From Phoronis australis (taxonomy: Eukaryota > Animalia > Phoronida): DNA of 64,000 bases. The position numbers and the translations under genes were made by a program. Below, piece after piece: positions 52,001-62,972 of the stretch. Under the pieces are notes generated by a model. That model did not search any database and was not told the DNA's origin. It saw nothing but the letters and a program-made list of their open reading frames with translations. Where the stretch lies: contig NMRA01000072.1 in the NCBI GenBank assembly GCA_002633005.1, forward strand, positions 606,290-670,289, in the 5' to 3' direction. Position 1 is the stretch's first letter. Each line of letters begins with the position of its first letter.

Positions 52001-52005
52001 GCCAG
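25065..52005 (+). CDS. DNA2: DNA replication ATP-dependent helicase/nuclease DNA2 (3'-incomplete; C-terminal helicase exons lie beyond the window)
   Basis: Phase-consistent exons: 25065-25082, 27630-27665, 28154-29382, 29628-29699, 29893-29970, 30160-30321, 31969-32056, 33703-33788, 35140-35265, 35775-35837, 36368-36500, 37316-37433, 38312-38480, 40033-40215, 40656-40769, 41210-41341, 44892-45014, 45727-45806, 46030-46082, 47857-48021, 48811-48939, 51812-52005. Motifs: [15 protein letters not shown] (first Fe-S Cys), [18 protein letters not shown] and LELKTG (PD-(D/E)xK nuclease), [10 protein letters not shown] (Fe-S), Walker [33 protein letters not shown] (SF1B helicase). Confidence 0.96.
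25379..27577 (+). mobile_element. HINE/DINE-1-like non-autonomous Helentron with internal ~145 bp tandem monomers (5' end eroded)
   Basis: About 15 diverged monomers carrying atgaaattt and gtgccccctagtggc-type motifs. 3' end gcatttCAACGctccgCGTaGctcttgtt is shared with other copies. Confidence 0.75.
28154..29382 (+). CDS. DNA2: DNA2 large exon encoding a long low-complexity N-terminal extension
   Basis: 1229-nt open exon (acceptor ttttacag, donor gtgagt) within the 424-aa ORF. It is S/K/E-rich with many S/T-P sites and joins the conserved DNA2 exons in phase. Confidence 0.85.
30498..30985 (+). other. tandem second copy of 30007-30496 including a DNA2 exon copy at 30650-30811 (probable uncollapsed haplotype)
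   Basis: Near-identical direct repeat starting immediately after the single N at 30497. Confidence 0.75.
32213..32650. mobile_element. MITE (PIF/Harbinger-like) with long TIRs
   Basis: tgccgggttgcatgaactagtcctaaatagggactc... / ...gagtccctatttgggactgttttgtgcaacctggca. The same TIR family forms an inverted pair at 6781-6960. Confidence 0.65.
34421..34583. mobile_element. hAT-like MITE (ggcggatcc/atccgccactg termini); related left end at 62584
   Basis: aggggtggatccagg...ggggggccatggc...ccccc..aatccgccactg; tagtggcggatctagg at ~62584. Confidence 0.5.
37236..37284. repeat. (TTA)n microsatellite
   Basis: About 15 TTA units upstream of a DNA2 acceptor. Confidence 0.9.
41441..44680 (+). mobile_element. 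compound cluster of nested HINE-like elements (5' ends at ~41441, ~41778, 42720)
   Basis: Three 5' heads of the form ttttatgcgcccacatatttatatgtggacgcat...gccgtcatctc. The youngest copy, 42720-44200, is complete: 5' stem-loop, (GTCC)n, monomer array, 3' subTIR tgggcgcat at 44170, palindrome caacgctctgcgttg at 44181-44195. Confidence 0.8.
46201..46268. repeat. (CA)n/(GCAC)n compound microsatellite
   Basis: Directly visible. Confidence 0.9.
46400..46740 (+). mobile_element. HINE-like internal monomer fragment
   Basis: tgtgccccttagtgg, aagtggcaatttt and atgaaatt monomer hallmarks. Confidence 0.5.
49307..51157 (+). other. tandem second copy of 47455-49305 including DNA2 exon copies 49709-49873 and 50667-50795 (probable uncollapsed haplotype)
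   Basis: Near-identical ~1.85 kb direct repeat starting immediately after the single N at 49306. Confidence 0.75.
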
Positions 52006-54079
52006 GTGAGTGGGTAGTGCTTTCCAAAGTTGCTGTCAGTGTTATATCAAAGTGACATTATCAGCGAGACTGGTGGATATCAGAGAACAGTCCTAGGTGG
52101 GATTGAAACTATATCTTCAGTCGTCACACTCCATTGTGTTGCTTGCAGAGCTATGTCCCAATTGATGAATGGCGGAGTATTTTAAGCGGATTAACACCGT
52201 CATGTACGCCACTGATTTTACCAATCAAAGATTTCTTTTACTTTTAAAACCTGACACATCACATCTGTATTGTAACTGACTCCGCAGTCATACGTGTGCT
52301 TCCTTCCTCAGTTTTACATTATGTTGTTCTGTGTGTTGGCCATAAGACCAGGTATTATAACATTAGTAGGTATATAACACTTGGGACTATTGTCTTCTCA
52401 GCGGATGATTACTACTATCAGCTTCGAGATTGGCTGGTCAAAGGTCAAGGTCACACTCTCCTTGAAACTTCCATAAACCTATTGCCGGAAAAAAATTTTT
52501 GCTTTAGTCCACGTGCCGTTATGATGTTCTTTAATCAAGTTGGAGGTGACTTCTTGGCTTGGAAAAAACGTCACAATACATTATTGTTTGAGACCAGGAG
52601 CCTGTATTGTCTTAAGTTCATCTTAAATTTGACATAAGCAAATCCTCGTTTTTAAATGTGTCTTACAAAAGTAAAAGATGTACATTTTCAGAAAAAATCC
52701 TTGATTCAAAACTTTGGAGTTAGTTATTCTCCCGGTAACATATGGACATTATTTTCCAGCTGTGGAAAGAACTAATTGAGAGGAATAATTATAAATTGAA
52801 TATCGCTGGCAAGATTGCTTTGTTCATAAATGACTGGTTAAAAATAGCTTATTCATGATGAAGAATAACCACAACATATCGTCTGCTCGCATCGTCCCAT
52901 GATTTGCTCAGTGCTTTATTGTGATTAGAGAATTACAAGTGACTTAGAGCAAAGAATATCAGGTGACGTCTGAAACAGAAATGCTTATTAGGAAGAGCTA
53001 GATCGCGGTTAGAGGCCCGAGCATAGATCGTGGAAATGGCGAGTTCAAGACTAACAACGTACAAGCAATGTGCATTTTGTTCCCGACCATGATTAAGTCA
53101 CTCAATTCCAAGTGCAGAGCCCATTTTCTAATTTGGTTATGAGTTGAGCGTGCACCAGTCTCGTGGCATGATACAATAAGTTGGTCAGAAATCCATCACT
53201 CATAGATATTCGAATTCTATGATTTACTCAACTCGCCTCATTACTTGTCACTTGGACCCTCATGTACTAGGAGATTTAAACCGGGGTAATGCGTCTGCAT
53301 GCTAATGATGTATCATTATTATGGGCCCATATATTTATATGTTTGTGTTTGATACCCGCACACTCATATACATACAATGTATAGAGCACTTTATACCTGT
53401 TTAACATAATGTGCATTACACACAGGATTACTCACATGCTGGTCTCTAATCAGTTTGTCAAGCAGATTTCATATACAAGTCATTTTTTGAAATAGCTAAC
53501 AGGTGTTTACTCAAAATAAAAGGTAGCTACAGTGCTGTAGTAAATTTAAAGCTTTAAATCTGAAGAGCCTTTCGCATTACGGAGTTAGTACAGTGGACCA
53601 ACATTCTTTCTCGACCACAAGAATTTTAGTCCCAATGTGAAAGGTGATTTATAATGGTGTAAATTTAGTACGCTACTTAAAAGTTAGTACGCTCGAAAAA
53701 ACTAGATTAGCGAGCGTACCAAAGTTCCTTCAATTAAGAGCAATGCGAAAGGTTTGGTCCAGACTATTTTGTTTGACCGTTTTAACTTATATCCCCACTT
53801 CATGCGAGCGCAGTGTTCTTCCCGCCAGGGTATAAGCCAGAATACTGATAATACTGAAATTGCCCGTGAAAAAGCCCGAGGTTTTTATGCTCGGAATATG
53901 TCCCGAAAATAATAGGTGCGTCGCAAGCTCCGTTTCCAGAGATACAAAGGAGGCCGTGTATAGGCGATAAGGTCATTTATTATGACTGATAAGGTACAGA
54001 AATATGAGTGTACAAATAACATAAAGATAAAATAATAATCTCTGGAAAGATGGGCAATAAAAAGCGACACCAAATATCA

Positions 54080-55410
54080 TTTATGTGCCCGCATATAAGT
54101 GAACGCATTATGCCGTCAACTGCGTCCGTCCGTCTGGGCGGCGTCTGTCTGGCATCCTCTGCTCTATCTCCAAAAGTGATTGATGTATGTTAATGAAATT
54201 TTGCACGTGTTCCTTTTGTGGATGGGATGGCATGAGCGAACTTTCTGAGGGATCCGTCTACCGGTGTGCCCCCTATTGGCAATTTTAGTTTTTTATGTTT
54301 ACCTCTGTATCTTCAAAGGTCCTCAACGTATTTTCATAAAATTTGGTATGTAAGCATCTGTTAGTGGACAACAGTATCCTCATGTCCTGTTTTTGGATGG
54401 ATTCAATGTAGTTTGCGCCACCTAGTGGCCATTTTTACTGTTTTCGAGTCCGTTTTTTGGCGTCCACCCCTCTATCAACCAAACCGCTTTCGGGATAATT
54501 GTGAAAATTGGCATGTATGTTTTTACTAGGAAGTGGACGGCTGACAATGATTTTCCGATGACTTCGACTGCTGTGGCACCTCCTAGTGGCAGTTTCTTTT
54601 TTTGCTTCCATGGCTGTATCTCCTAAACCGTTTGCAGAATCTTTTCTTAATTTAAGAAGTGTGTTTTTATGATGTTGACAACGGACGACGATGATTTTGG
54701 GTTGGATCTGACCACTGGTATGCCCCATGGTGGCAATTTTAGTTTTACGTTTACCTCTGTATCTTCAAAGGTTCTCAACAGATTTTCATAGAATTTTGAA
54801 TACAAGCATCTATTGGTGAGATGACGCTATCCTCCCGTTTTCTGATGGAATCAAGGTACTTTGCGCCACCTAGTAGCCATTTTTGCTGTTTTCAAGTCTT
54901 GTTTTTGGCGTCTACCTCTATCAACCAAATCATTCTAAGGATGGTTTTGAAAATTGGCGTATATGTTCTCAGTGTGAAGAGGATGGTTGATGATGACGAC
55001 TTTGACTACTCTGGCCCCTCCTAGTGGTAGTTTTGTTTTGTTTTGTTTTGTTTTGTTTTGCATCCATAGCTGTATCTCCTAAACCCACTGCAGGATCTTT
55101 ATTAAATTTTGTAAGTGTATTTATATGAAGCTAACAACAGACAATGACGACTTTCAGGCGGATCTGATGGACACTGTGCCCCCTTGTGGCAATGTTTTCC
55201 TTTGTTTCTCTGAAGTTCTGTGGCGGATTTCTATGAAATTTGGTGTATAGATTTCTGTTAAAGAGGCAATGACATGTTCCCGTTTTCGGACGTATTGTGT
55301 GTTTTTGCACCATCTAGTGGCCATTTTTAGGACACAAATATCCAACCCTAAAAGCACACCATTTGCAATGCATTCGTGGGCACATTTCAACGCTCCGCGT
55401 TGCTCTTGTT
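54080..55410 (+). mobile_element. complete HINE-like element
   Basis: 5' tttatgtgcccgc...cgtccgtccgtc, 8 motif-bearing monomers, 3' subTIR gtgggcacat at 55376-55385, palindrome caacgctccgcgttg at 55388-55402, end ctcttgtt. Confidence 0.8.
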
Positions 55411-56318
55411 ACTAGACACGTAGTGGGTGGGGGGAGGTCAGGATGGGAATCACCCTCCCACATAGAAAACGTTTCCTTGATTTGCTAATTTTGCTTGTTA
55501 GTATGTTTTGCTGCACCTTAACTGCATTTCCAACACTTTTCCAATGCATGCAGTGTTCAAGTGGATCTAGGGCTAGCAGTCTTCACTACTCTCTTGTGCA
55601 AGATGAATTAAATATTCTTTTAAAACAACCATAAAGTTCAGAACACATTGTGTTACATTTACGTTGATCTATTATTTACATAAATTTTATTATCTTACTT
55701 TTTATTCTCAAATAAACAATACTTGATTATATTTTATACAATGAATACAATTAACTATTAATTTTTAGAACAAACCTCAAATTATCAATTGTTGCGGACT
55801 CTACAGTATCAGAGTTCACACATGTACTTTAGCATATGTGTCATAGCTGAGGGCTGCTTCTAACATGACCCCACTATTGCAATACTAAATGAGCACAAAC
55901 ATGGTCCTTAATGGGATGTTACTACATAACATGACAATATAAGATGTGTGACTAATGACCACTGTCTAACTTCAGTCTCAAAAATTACTGTGTCTGTGTC
56001 TGCCATCATGAGAAAAATGACAAGAAGCATTCGAAGGAAATAAGAGCTACAATTTTGGAAGGGTTGGCCAAGTGATTCAGAACTCATGACTTTTTGACTC
56101 TGTATAGGTGTTCAGTTGATGGCCTGTAAACTGCTGGAAATCACAATTGTGGGGTGGAAGTTTTTGGCTAGTAGTTAGTTACAATTTGCATTTTGAATCG
56201 GCAAGAAAGAATGTCATGCCTGTTCAAATAAAGTGCATTCAAGTGGATAGTTACAAAATTTGGTCTGAAATATTTTTAAGTGCAACTTGTTTTGACATAT
56301 CAAGTTACTGCTATTTGG

Positions 56319-56579
56319 TTTTTATGCGCCCACATATTTATATGTGGACGCATTATGCCGTCATCTCTGTCCGTCCGTCCGTCCGTCCGTCCGTCCGGGC
56401 GGCGTCCGTCCGGCGTCCGCTGCTCTATCTCCAAAACCCTTTGACATACGTTCATGAAATTTGGTACATATGTTCCATTCATGAATGGGACGGCATGTGC
56501 GAACTTTCGGACGGATCCGACTACCGGTGTGCCCCCTAGTGGCAATTTTAGTTTTTTACGCTTACCTTTGTATCTTCAA
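56319..56579 (+). mobile_element. HINE-like element 5' end, truncated at a contig break
   Basis: Near-identical to 42720-42950, with an expanded (GTCC)n tract; ends at the N at 56580. Confidence 0.75.
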
Positions 56580-56580
56580 N

Positions 56581-58885
56581 ATTATAAATTGAATATCGCT
56601 GGCAAGATTGCTTTGTTCATAAATGACTGGTTAAAAATAGCTTATTCATGATGAAGAATAACCACAACATATCGTCTGCTCGCATCGTCCCATGATTTGC
56701 TCAGTGCTTTATTGTGATTAGAGAATTACAAATGACTTAGAGCAAAGAATGTCAGGTGACGTCTGAAACAGAAATGCTTATTAGGAAGAGCTAGATCGCG
56801 GTTAGAGGCCCGAGCATAGATCGTGGAAATGGCGAGTTCAAGACTAACAACGTACGAGCAATGTGCATTTTGTTCCCAACCATGATTAAGTCCCTCAATT
56901 CCAAGTGCAGAGCCCATTTTCTAATTTGGTTATGAGTTGAGCGTGCACCAGTCTCGTGGCATGATACAATAAGTTGGTCAGAAATCCATCACTCATAGAT
57001 ATTCGAACTCTATGATTTACTCAACTCTGCTCATTACTTGTCACTTGGACCCTCATGTACTAGGAGATTTAAACCGGGGTAATGCGTCTGCATGCTAATG
57101 ATGTGTCATTATGTGGCCATATATTTATATATTTGTGTTTGATACCCGCACACTCATATACATGTAATGTATAGAACACTTTATACCTGTTTAACGTAAT
57201 GTGCATTACACGCAGGATTACTCACGTGCTGGTCTCTAATCTGTTTGTCAAGCAGATTTCACATACAAGTCATTTTTTGAAATAGCTAACAGGTGTTTAC
57301 TCAAAATAAAAGGTAGCTACAGTGCTGTAGTAAATTTAAAGCTTTAGATCTGAAGAGCCTTTCGCATTACGGAGTTAGTACAGTGGACCAACATTCTTTC
57401 TCGACCACAAGAATTTTAGTCCCAATGTGAAAGGTGATTTATAATGGTGTAAATTTAGTACGCTACTTAAAAGTTAGTACGCTCTAAAAAACTAGATTAG
57501 CGAGCGTACCAAAGTTCCTTCAATTAAGAGCAATGCGAAAGGTTTGGTCCAGTCTATTTTGTTTGACCGTTTTAACTTATATCTCCACTTCATGCGAGCG
57601 CAGTGTTGTTCCCGCCAGGGTATAAGCCAGAATACTGATAATACTGACATTGCCCGCCAAAAAGCCCAAGGTTTTTATGCTCGAAATATGTCCCGAAAAT
57701 AATAGATGTGTCGCAAGCTCCGTTTCCAGAGATACAAAGGAGGCCGTGTATAGGCGATATAAGGTCATTTATTACGACTGATAAGGTACAGAAATATGAG
57801 TATACAAATAACATAAAAATAAAATAATAATCTCTGGAAAGATGGGCAATAAAAAGCGCCACCAAATATCATTTATGTGCCCGCATATAAGTGAACGCAT
57901 TATGCCGTCATCTGCGTCCGTCCGTCTGGGCGGCGTCTGTCCGGCATCCTCTGCTCTATCTCCAAAAGTGATTGATGTATGTTAATGAAATTTTGCACGT
58001 GTTCCTTTTGTGGATGGGATGGCATGAGCGAACTTTCTGAGGGATCCGTCTACCGGTGTGCCCCCTAGTGGCAATTTTAGTTTTTTACGTTTACCTCTAT
58101 ATCTTCAAAGGTCCTCAAAGTATTTTCATAAAATTTGGTATGTAAGCATCTGTTAGTGAGACAACAGTATCCTCCGGTTTTCGGATGGATTCAATGTAGT
58201 TTGCGCATCCTAGTGGCCATTTTTACTGTTTTCGAGTCTGTTTTTTTGGCGTCCACCCCTCTATCAACCAAACTGCTTTCAGGATCATTGTGAAAATTGG
58301 CATGTATGTTTTTACTAGGAAGTGTACGGCTGACAATGATTTTCCGATGACTTCGACTGCTGTGGCACCTCCTCGTGGCAGTTTCTTTTTTGCTTCCATG
58401 GCTGTACCAGAGTTCACACATGTATTTTAGCATATGTGTCATAGCTGAGGGCTGCTTCTAACATGACCCCACTATTGCAATATTAAATGAGCACAAACAT
58501 GGTCCTTAATGGGATGTTACTACATAACATGACAATATAAGATGTGTGACTAATGACCACTGTCTAACTTCAGTCTCAAAAATTACTGTTCTTGATAGCA
58601 TTTAGTGTCTGCCATCATGAGAAAAATGACAAGAAGCATTCGAAGGAAATAAGAGCTACAATTTTGGAAGGGTTGGCCAAATGATTCAGAACTCATGACT
58701 TTTTGACTCTGTATAGGTGTTCAGTTGATGGCCTGTAAACTGCTAGAAATCGCAATTGTGGGGTGGAAGGTTTTGGCTAGTAGTTAGTTACAATTTGCAT
58801 TTTAAATCGGCAAGAAAGAATGTCATGCCTGTTTCAAATATTAATATTATGTTCAAATAAAGTGCATTCATGTGGATAGTTACAC
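56581..58885 (+). other. second copy of 52788-56255 with a 1.19 kb deletion (probable alternate haplotype)
   Basis: Starts right after the N at 56580; collinear with the first copy apart from SNPs and indels. Confidence 0.7.
57871..58407 (+). mobile_element. HINE-like element, probable allelic copy of 54080 with a 3' deletion
   Basis: Aligns to 54080-54620, then jumps to sequence matching 55810 onward. Confidence 0.7.
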
Positions 58886-60575
58886 ACAAATTAAAAGTCA
58901 GTTGGAATTCAATCATGTTTTGATTTCTGGTCTCTTTCCTCACAATGCATTTTCATGTCTACCTGACGCAGACTGTTCTCCTGTTTTACCTGACTAGAGT
59001 AATGTGAAGAGCATTTGTCTTGAGAATGATTTAATGATAATAAATCGAAATGTCGACTACCGGTAATACAATGTCTTTGTTTAGGTATATGCTGATTTTA
59101 AAGTGCGTTCTCATATTTAGTGATAATAAACTGAAATGTGGACTAATACTAACAATGTCTTTGTTTACGTAATGTGGTTATTTTAAAATTTGTTCTCATA
59201 TCTTGGCCAAGAGCAAAATAATGTGGACAGTTTGTGTGGGTGCAGAGTTAAAAAGATGGTGACCATGGGAAAGTCAATATTTGACGAAGTCGAATTTATG
59301 CCTTTCTAATAACTTTTACCTTCCTATATAACGAAGTGACCGTTATTGAGAAAGTTACAATATGCGTATTTGAAATCAGCCCCTAGTATGGATTCAAAAC
59401 CACACTGCCTCAGCAGTCACAATCCAACACTCTACTTGTGAACTTACAGGTCAATGGGGTAAGTAGAACTATTTCTCTTCTTGAATGTTCGGCCACACCA
59501 TCAGAATGTCTCCCATTTTGACACATGGCGAAATTGACCATTGTGATTTTCTTCACACTCTAGTTCTACTGTCCCATTAAAAATAAAAAATGCTGTTGAG
59601 GAGTAATCAGGTGTTACACATTTCACCCTAGCGTTTTGACAGACCCAGATGTCCTATTTACATCTGCATGTTCTTGTCAATCTAGCTGTCCCATATTCCA
59701 TTCTGGAAAATGGCAACTACGCATGTGCTACAGTCACTATGCCAACTTTTGCACAGGCTAGCAGTTCTTTGCCACAAGTCATTAATATTTTCGACTATGT
59801 AAGATGTTTTTGTAGTTTTGTACACTCCCTTTATTTAACGAGCTTGGCCTTTCAACTAATGGGCAAGTCTGCTAAACGACGTCTTTTTATGTACTAGCGC
59901 CCTTGTCTACTTTGTTATTTATTCTCATTTTATGAAAACTCATGAGAAGAAAAAGTTGAGATAAACTTGAGACAGGTTTTGTGGAACGCTATTAAATCGT
60001 TCTTAATGTTTTTCTTGATTTCACTTAAAGTTGTGATGTCTATCTTAATTTAGATGCTTTGTAAAAAGGCTGTTATTGTAAGCTTGTCACAGACGATCAG
60101 TTTATGCACAGGTCATGTTCTTGGGAATTAATTGGAGTTATGTCCAAGGCTAAAAGCTGTTTCTCTTCTGGGTAAGAAACTATTTGAGTTCATATTAAAG
60201 TTAATTTCTTTGATGTAATGCAGATTTTGATCTTCTAAATTTCAGTAATCTTGTCTGATCAGCAACAAACCTCAAACTCAATGCAGAAGTTAAACCTGAC
60301 CTGTAAATGAACCCTTTATGTGTCCATCTTAGCAAGACAAAGGTCACATTGACATAACGGAGAGTGTCTTTGCAATCATGTCTTTATTACAACTGACATT
60401 TCGAACACGTCCTTGTGATTGAACGCATGGCAAATTAATTCTCTATACTAGTTTTTACATTATTTTACTTCACACAATTAGTTTATGTCGCATTTTTGAC
60501 AAATGACAGAATTTCAAAAAGTCACTTTTTGCAGAATATACTGATTGTCAAATGAAAATTCAATGTTCTATGTCA

Positions 60576-60917
60576 TTAACAACAAGTTTGTTTCAAAACG
60601 TCAAACGTATTTTTCTCATCAGCGATACATTCATGATGTACCTTCAAATACTTGTAAACATTTCCACAGGTGTTGTCATCAAAGAAGATATTAGATGCGA
60701 CGACTTCACACGCTTGTTCATTGTTACACTGTCCTTGTACTTTACTCAAGGCCTTTTCATCGTTGGCTTCACACAGTCTATCCGTAGTCTGTCCAGGAGG
60801 CACATTAGGGCAAGTGACATGGTCGTCGCGACCCCAGAATACACTCTTTACTTTAATAAGCTCATATTGCTTACATTGTATCCAACCTTTGTTGCCCTCA
60901 CATATGACGGTATTAGT
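60576..60917 (-). CDS. SUEL-type (galactose/rhamnose-binding lectin) domain exon of a gene nested antisense in a DNA2 intron
   Basis: Acceptor cttctctttcag, then TNTVICEG...IQC...VKSVFWGRDD..TC...LC...QC....CEVVASNIFFDDNTCGNVYKYLKV..EC. Eight Cys in SUEL spacing with CE, (Y/W)GR and KYL motifs; stop at 60576-60578. Upstream exons not identified. Confidence 0.8.
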   Translation of the reverse strand, partial: TNTVICEGNKGWIQCKQYELIKVKSVFWGRDDHVTCPNVPPGQTTDRLCEANDEKALSKVQGQCNNEQACEVVASNIFFDDNTCGNVYKYLKVHHECIADEKNTFDVLKQTCC

Positions 60918-61459
60918 CTGAAAGAGAAGGTTTTGCAGAAAATGTGAATAAACTTCACGTTGTGGGCTGGGTTGTAGAAAATTTGTATTATCCTCTGAGT
61001 AAGTTTGGTTGTTACATGACATCATGAGTATTGCTCAACAATGACAACACAGTGGCATGCATTTGTACAGTGATGTCAGTGATATTCAGTGCATAAATTT
61101 TACGCAACTAAACTCCTGTGAAATTTGTTTTGTCTTATCAATACCTTGTGACTATTCATCTGGACTCTCATTGTGGCAGTTTTTCCTTTTGCCCATCTTG
61201 CAGAGTCTTTGTTTCTGTTGCTGTTTTTACATAGTTTTTTTATAATAATTTCAGTTACATTTTTTGGCTTCTCTTTTTACTCTGCAAAGTAGATTGTAAC
61301 CCAGGCAAAATTCCAATCAATAAAATTTAAATTGTTGGTCAATTTTCATTCCTTTGTGCTTCTAATGTCTTTGCTGTTCTGCTTGACTTCAGGTGTTTTT
61401 TGCTTTTGTGCAATCATTTCTCTCCCCTCTCCCTATCGTGGTTATTCTTTGTAATATAA

Positions 61460-62580
61460 TGTACCCTCATATACATATTGTATGGGTGCATATTACCATC
61501 ATTTCTGGCCAGGTCCAGGTGTCCTTCACACGGTCTTTGTCAATGTATCTCTTAAACCGTTTGCGGAATTTTCATGAAATTTTACAGATGTGTTTCTGCA
61601 AAAAGGTGACAGCAGGCGGCAAGTATTTTCTGGTGGATCCGACAACTGGTGTGCCCACTAGTGGCAATTTTTTACATTCATTGCCATAACTGCCCAGTTC
61701 CATGGTAGATATTTACAAAATTGTCTAAATACATTTGTATTGAGGTGGCAATGACATCTTTCCAATTTCGAATGGGTTTAGCACAGACTAAGCACTCTAT
61801 TGGTGTCTTGTCTATCTATTGGCCATTAGGATTATTAGGAAATTTAGACAGATATATCTGTGTTGAAGAGACCACTGCTGACATTGCGATTTACGGACCA
61901 GTTGGAATACTGTGATGCCTCTTAGCGGCAATTTTGCCTTTTTTGTCTTTGCCTCAATATCTACCAAAAAGTTGCGTAGTGGATCAACACGAAATTTGGT
62001 TTATCTATTCCCATTGAAGAGAGCATGACTGGCACTGACTGTGATGAGTCTGACAGCTTCAGCATACCCTGGTGACAATTAAAGTTTTCAATACGTATGC
62101 CTCAAGATCTTCCAAGTTCCTTGACAGATTTTACTAACTTTAGCTTCTAGGTATTTATTAAAGAGGTGATAACAATATCCTTTTTGGATGACTTTCACAT
62201 ACTCTACATGACCTAATGGCCACTTTCATTGTTTTTTATTTGCCTATCTACCTGTCAAACCCCTCATAGAATCGTCATGAAAGTTGAAGTATGTTCTCCT
62301 ACTTGGAAGAGAGTGGCTAACAATCATTTTGGAATGGCCCCACTACTGTGGGGGCTGCACGTGACAATTTTGATTTTGCTTATGGCTCAATATCTACAAA
62401 GATCCTTGATAGATTTTTAAGAACTTTGGTTTGTGTTTGTATAACATGTATGTGTTTCTATTGAGGGGACAACAACTGACCGCCTATTTAGCGGGAATTT
62501 TACTTTTCTTTGCTTTTGCCTTCAAGTTGATATGTACTAAAGTTAATGGAGGTTCATGAAATTTGAAAAATAGGGCATTG
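61460..62580 (+). mobile_element. old, diverged HINE-like copy
   Basis: Degenerate head (atgtaccctcatatacatattgtatgggtgcatattaccatc) and monomers (gtgcccactagtggcaatttt, catgaaattt). Confidence 0.6.
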
Positions 62581-62811
62581 TCATAGTGGCGGATCTAGGA
62601 TATCGCAAGGGGGGGCCCAATATTTTGTCCGGCTGTAACCATTTGCGTAACCCACGATTGTAGATGCGCATAGCACCGAATGGGGGGAGGTCGGGAGGGG
62701 GGAAATTTTTCTGTTTTTTTCCTCTAAAAATCAAGCATTTTCCTTGATTCCTGAAGTATTATCCAAGAAAAAAGGCAAAGAAGGAGAACGTGTCAAACAG
62801 GAAAACGGCAA

Positions 62812-62876
62812 GGCACCAGAGACTGGAACCCACAACCTGGCGATTAGAGTGCGCGTGCTTTACCACTACACCACCA
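62812..62876 (-). mobile_element. tRNA-derived SINE head (degenerate)
   Basis: Minus strand gtggtgtagtggtaaagcacgcgcactctaatcgccaggttgtgggttccagtc has A-box and B-box-like motifs but no intact cloverleaf. Similar remnants at ~16585, ~23965, ~52095, ~59390. Confidence 0.45.
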
Positions 62877-62888
62877 CGATTTAAGTAC

Positions 62889-62972
62889 TACCGTATTCGC
62901 CGTAATAACCGCCCATGCCCCTATAAGCGCCCCCCCACGCGTTTTCAGACTTTGCTGAAATAAGCGCCCAGT
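62889..62972 (+). mobile_element. left end of a Tc1/mariner (pogo-like) element
   Basis: TA-CCGTATTCGCCGTAATAA followed by repeated ataagcgccc subterminal motifs; right end not seen in the window. Confidence 0.4.

Noticed and set aside
60552-60947. 131-aa plus-strand ORF
   Set aside because: Antisense shadow of the SUEL exon; no similarity to the missing DNA2 C-terminus.
62812-62876. Possible tRNA gene (also ~16585, ~23965, ~59390)
   Set aside because: A/B-box remnants only; stems do not pair into a cloverleaf, so treated as SINE fragments.
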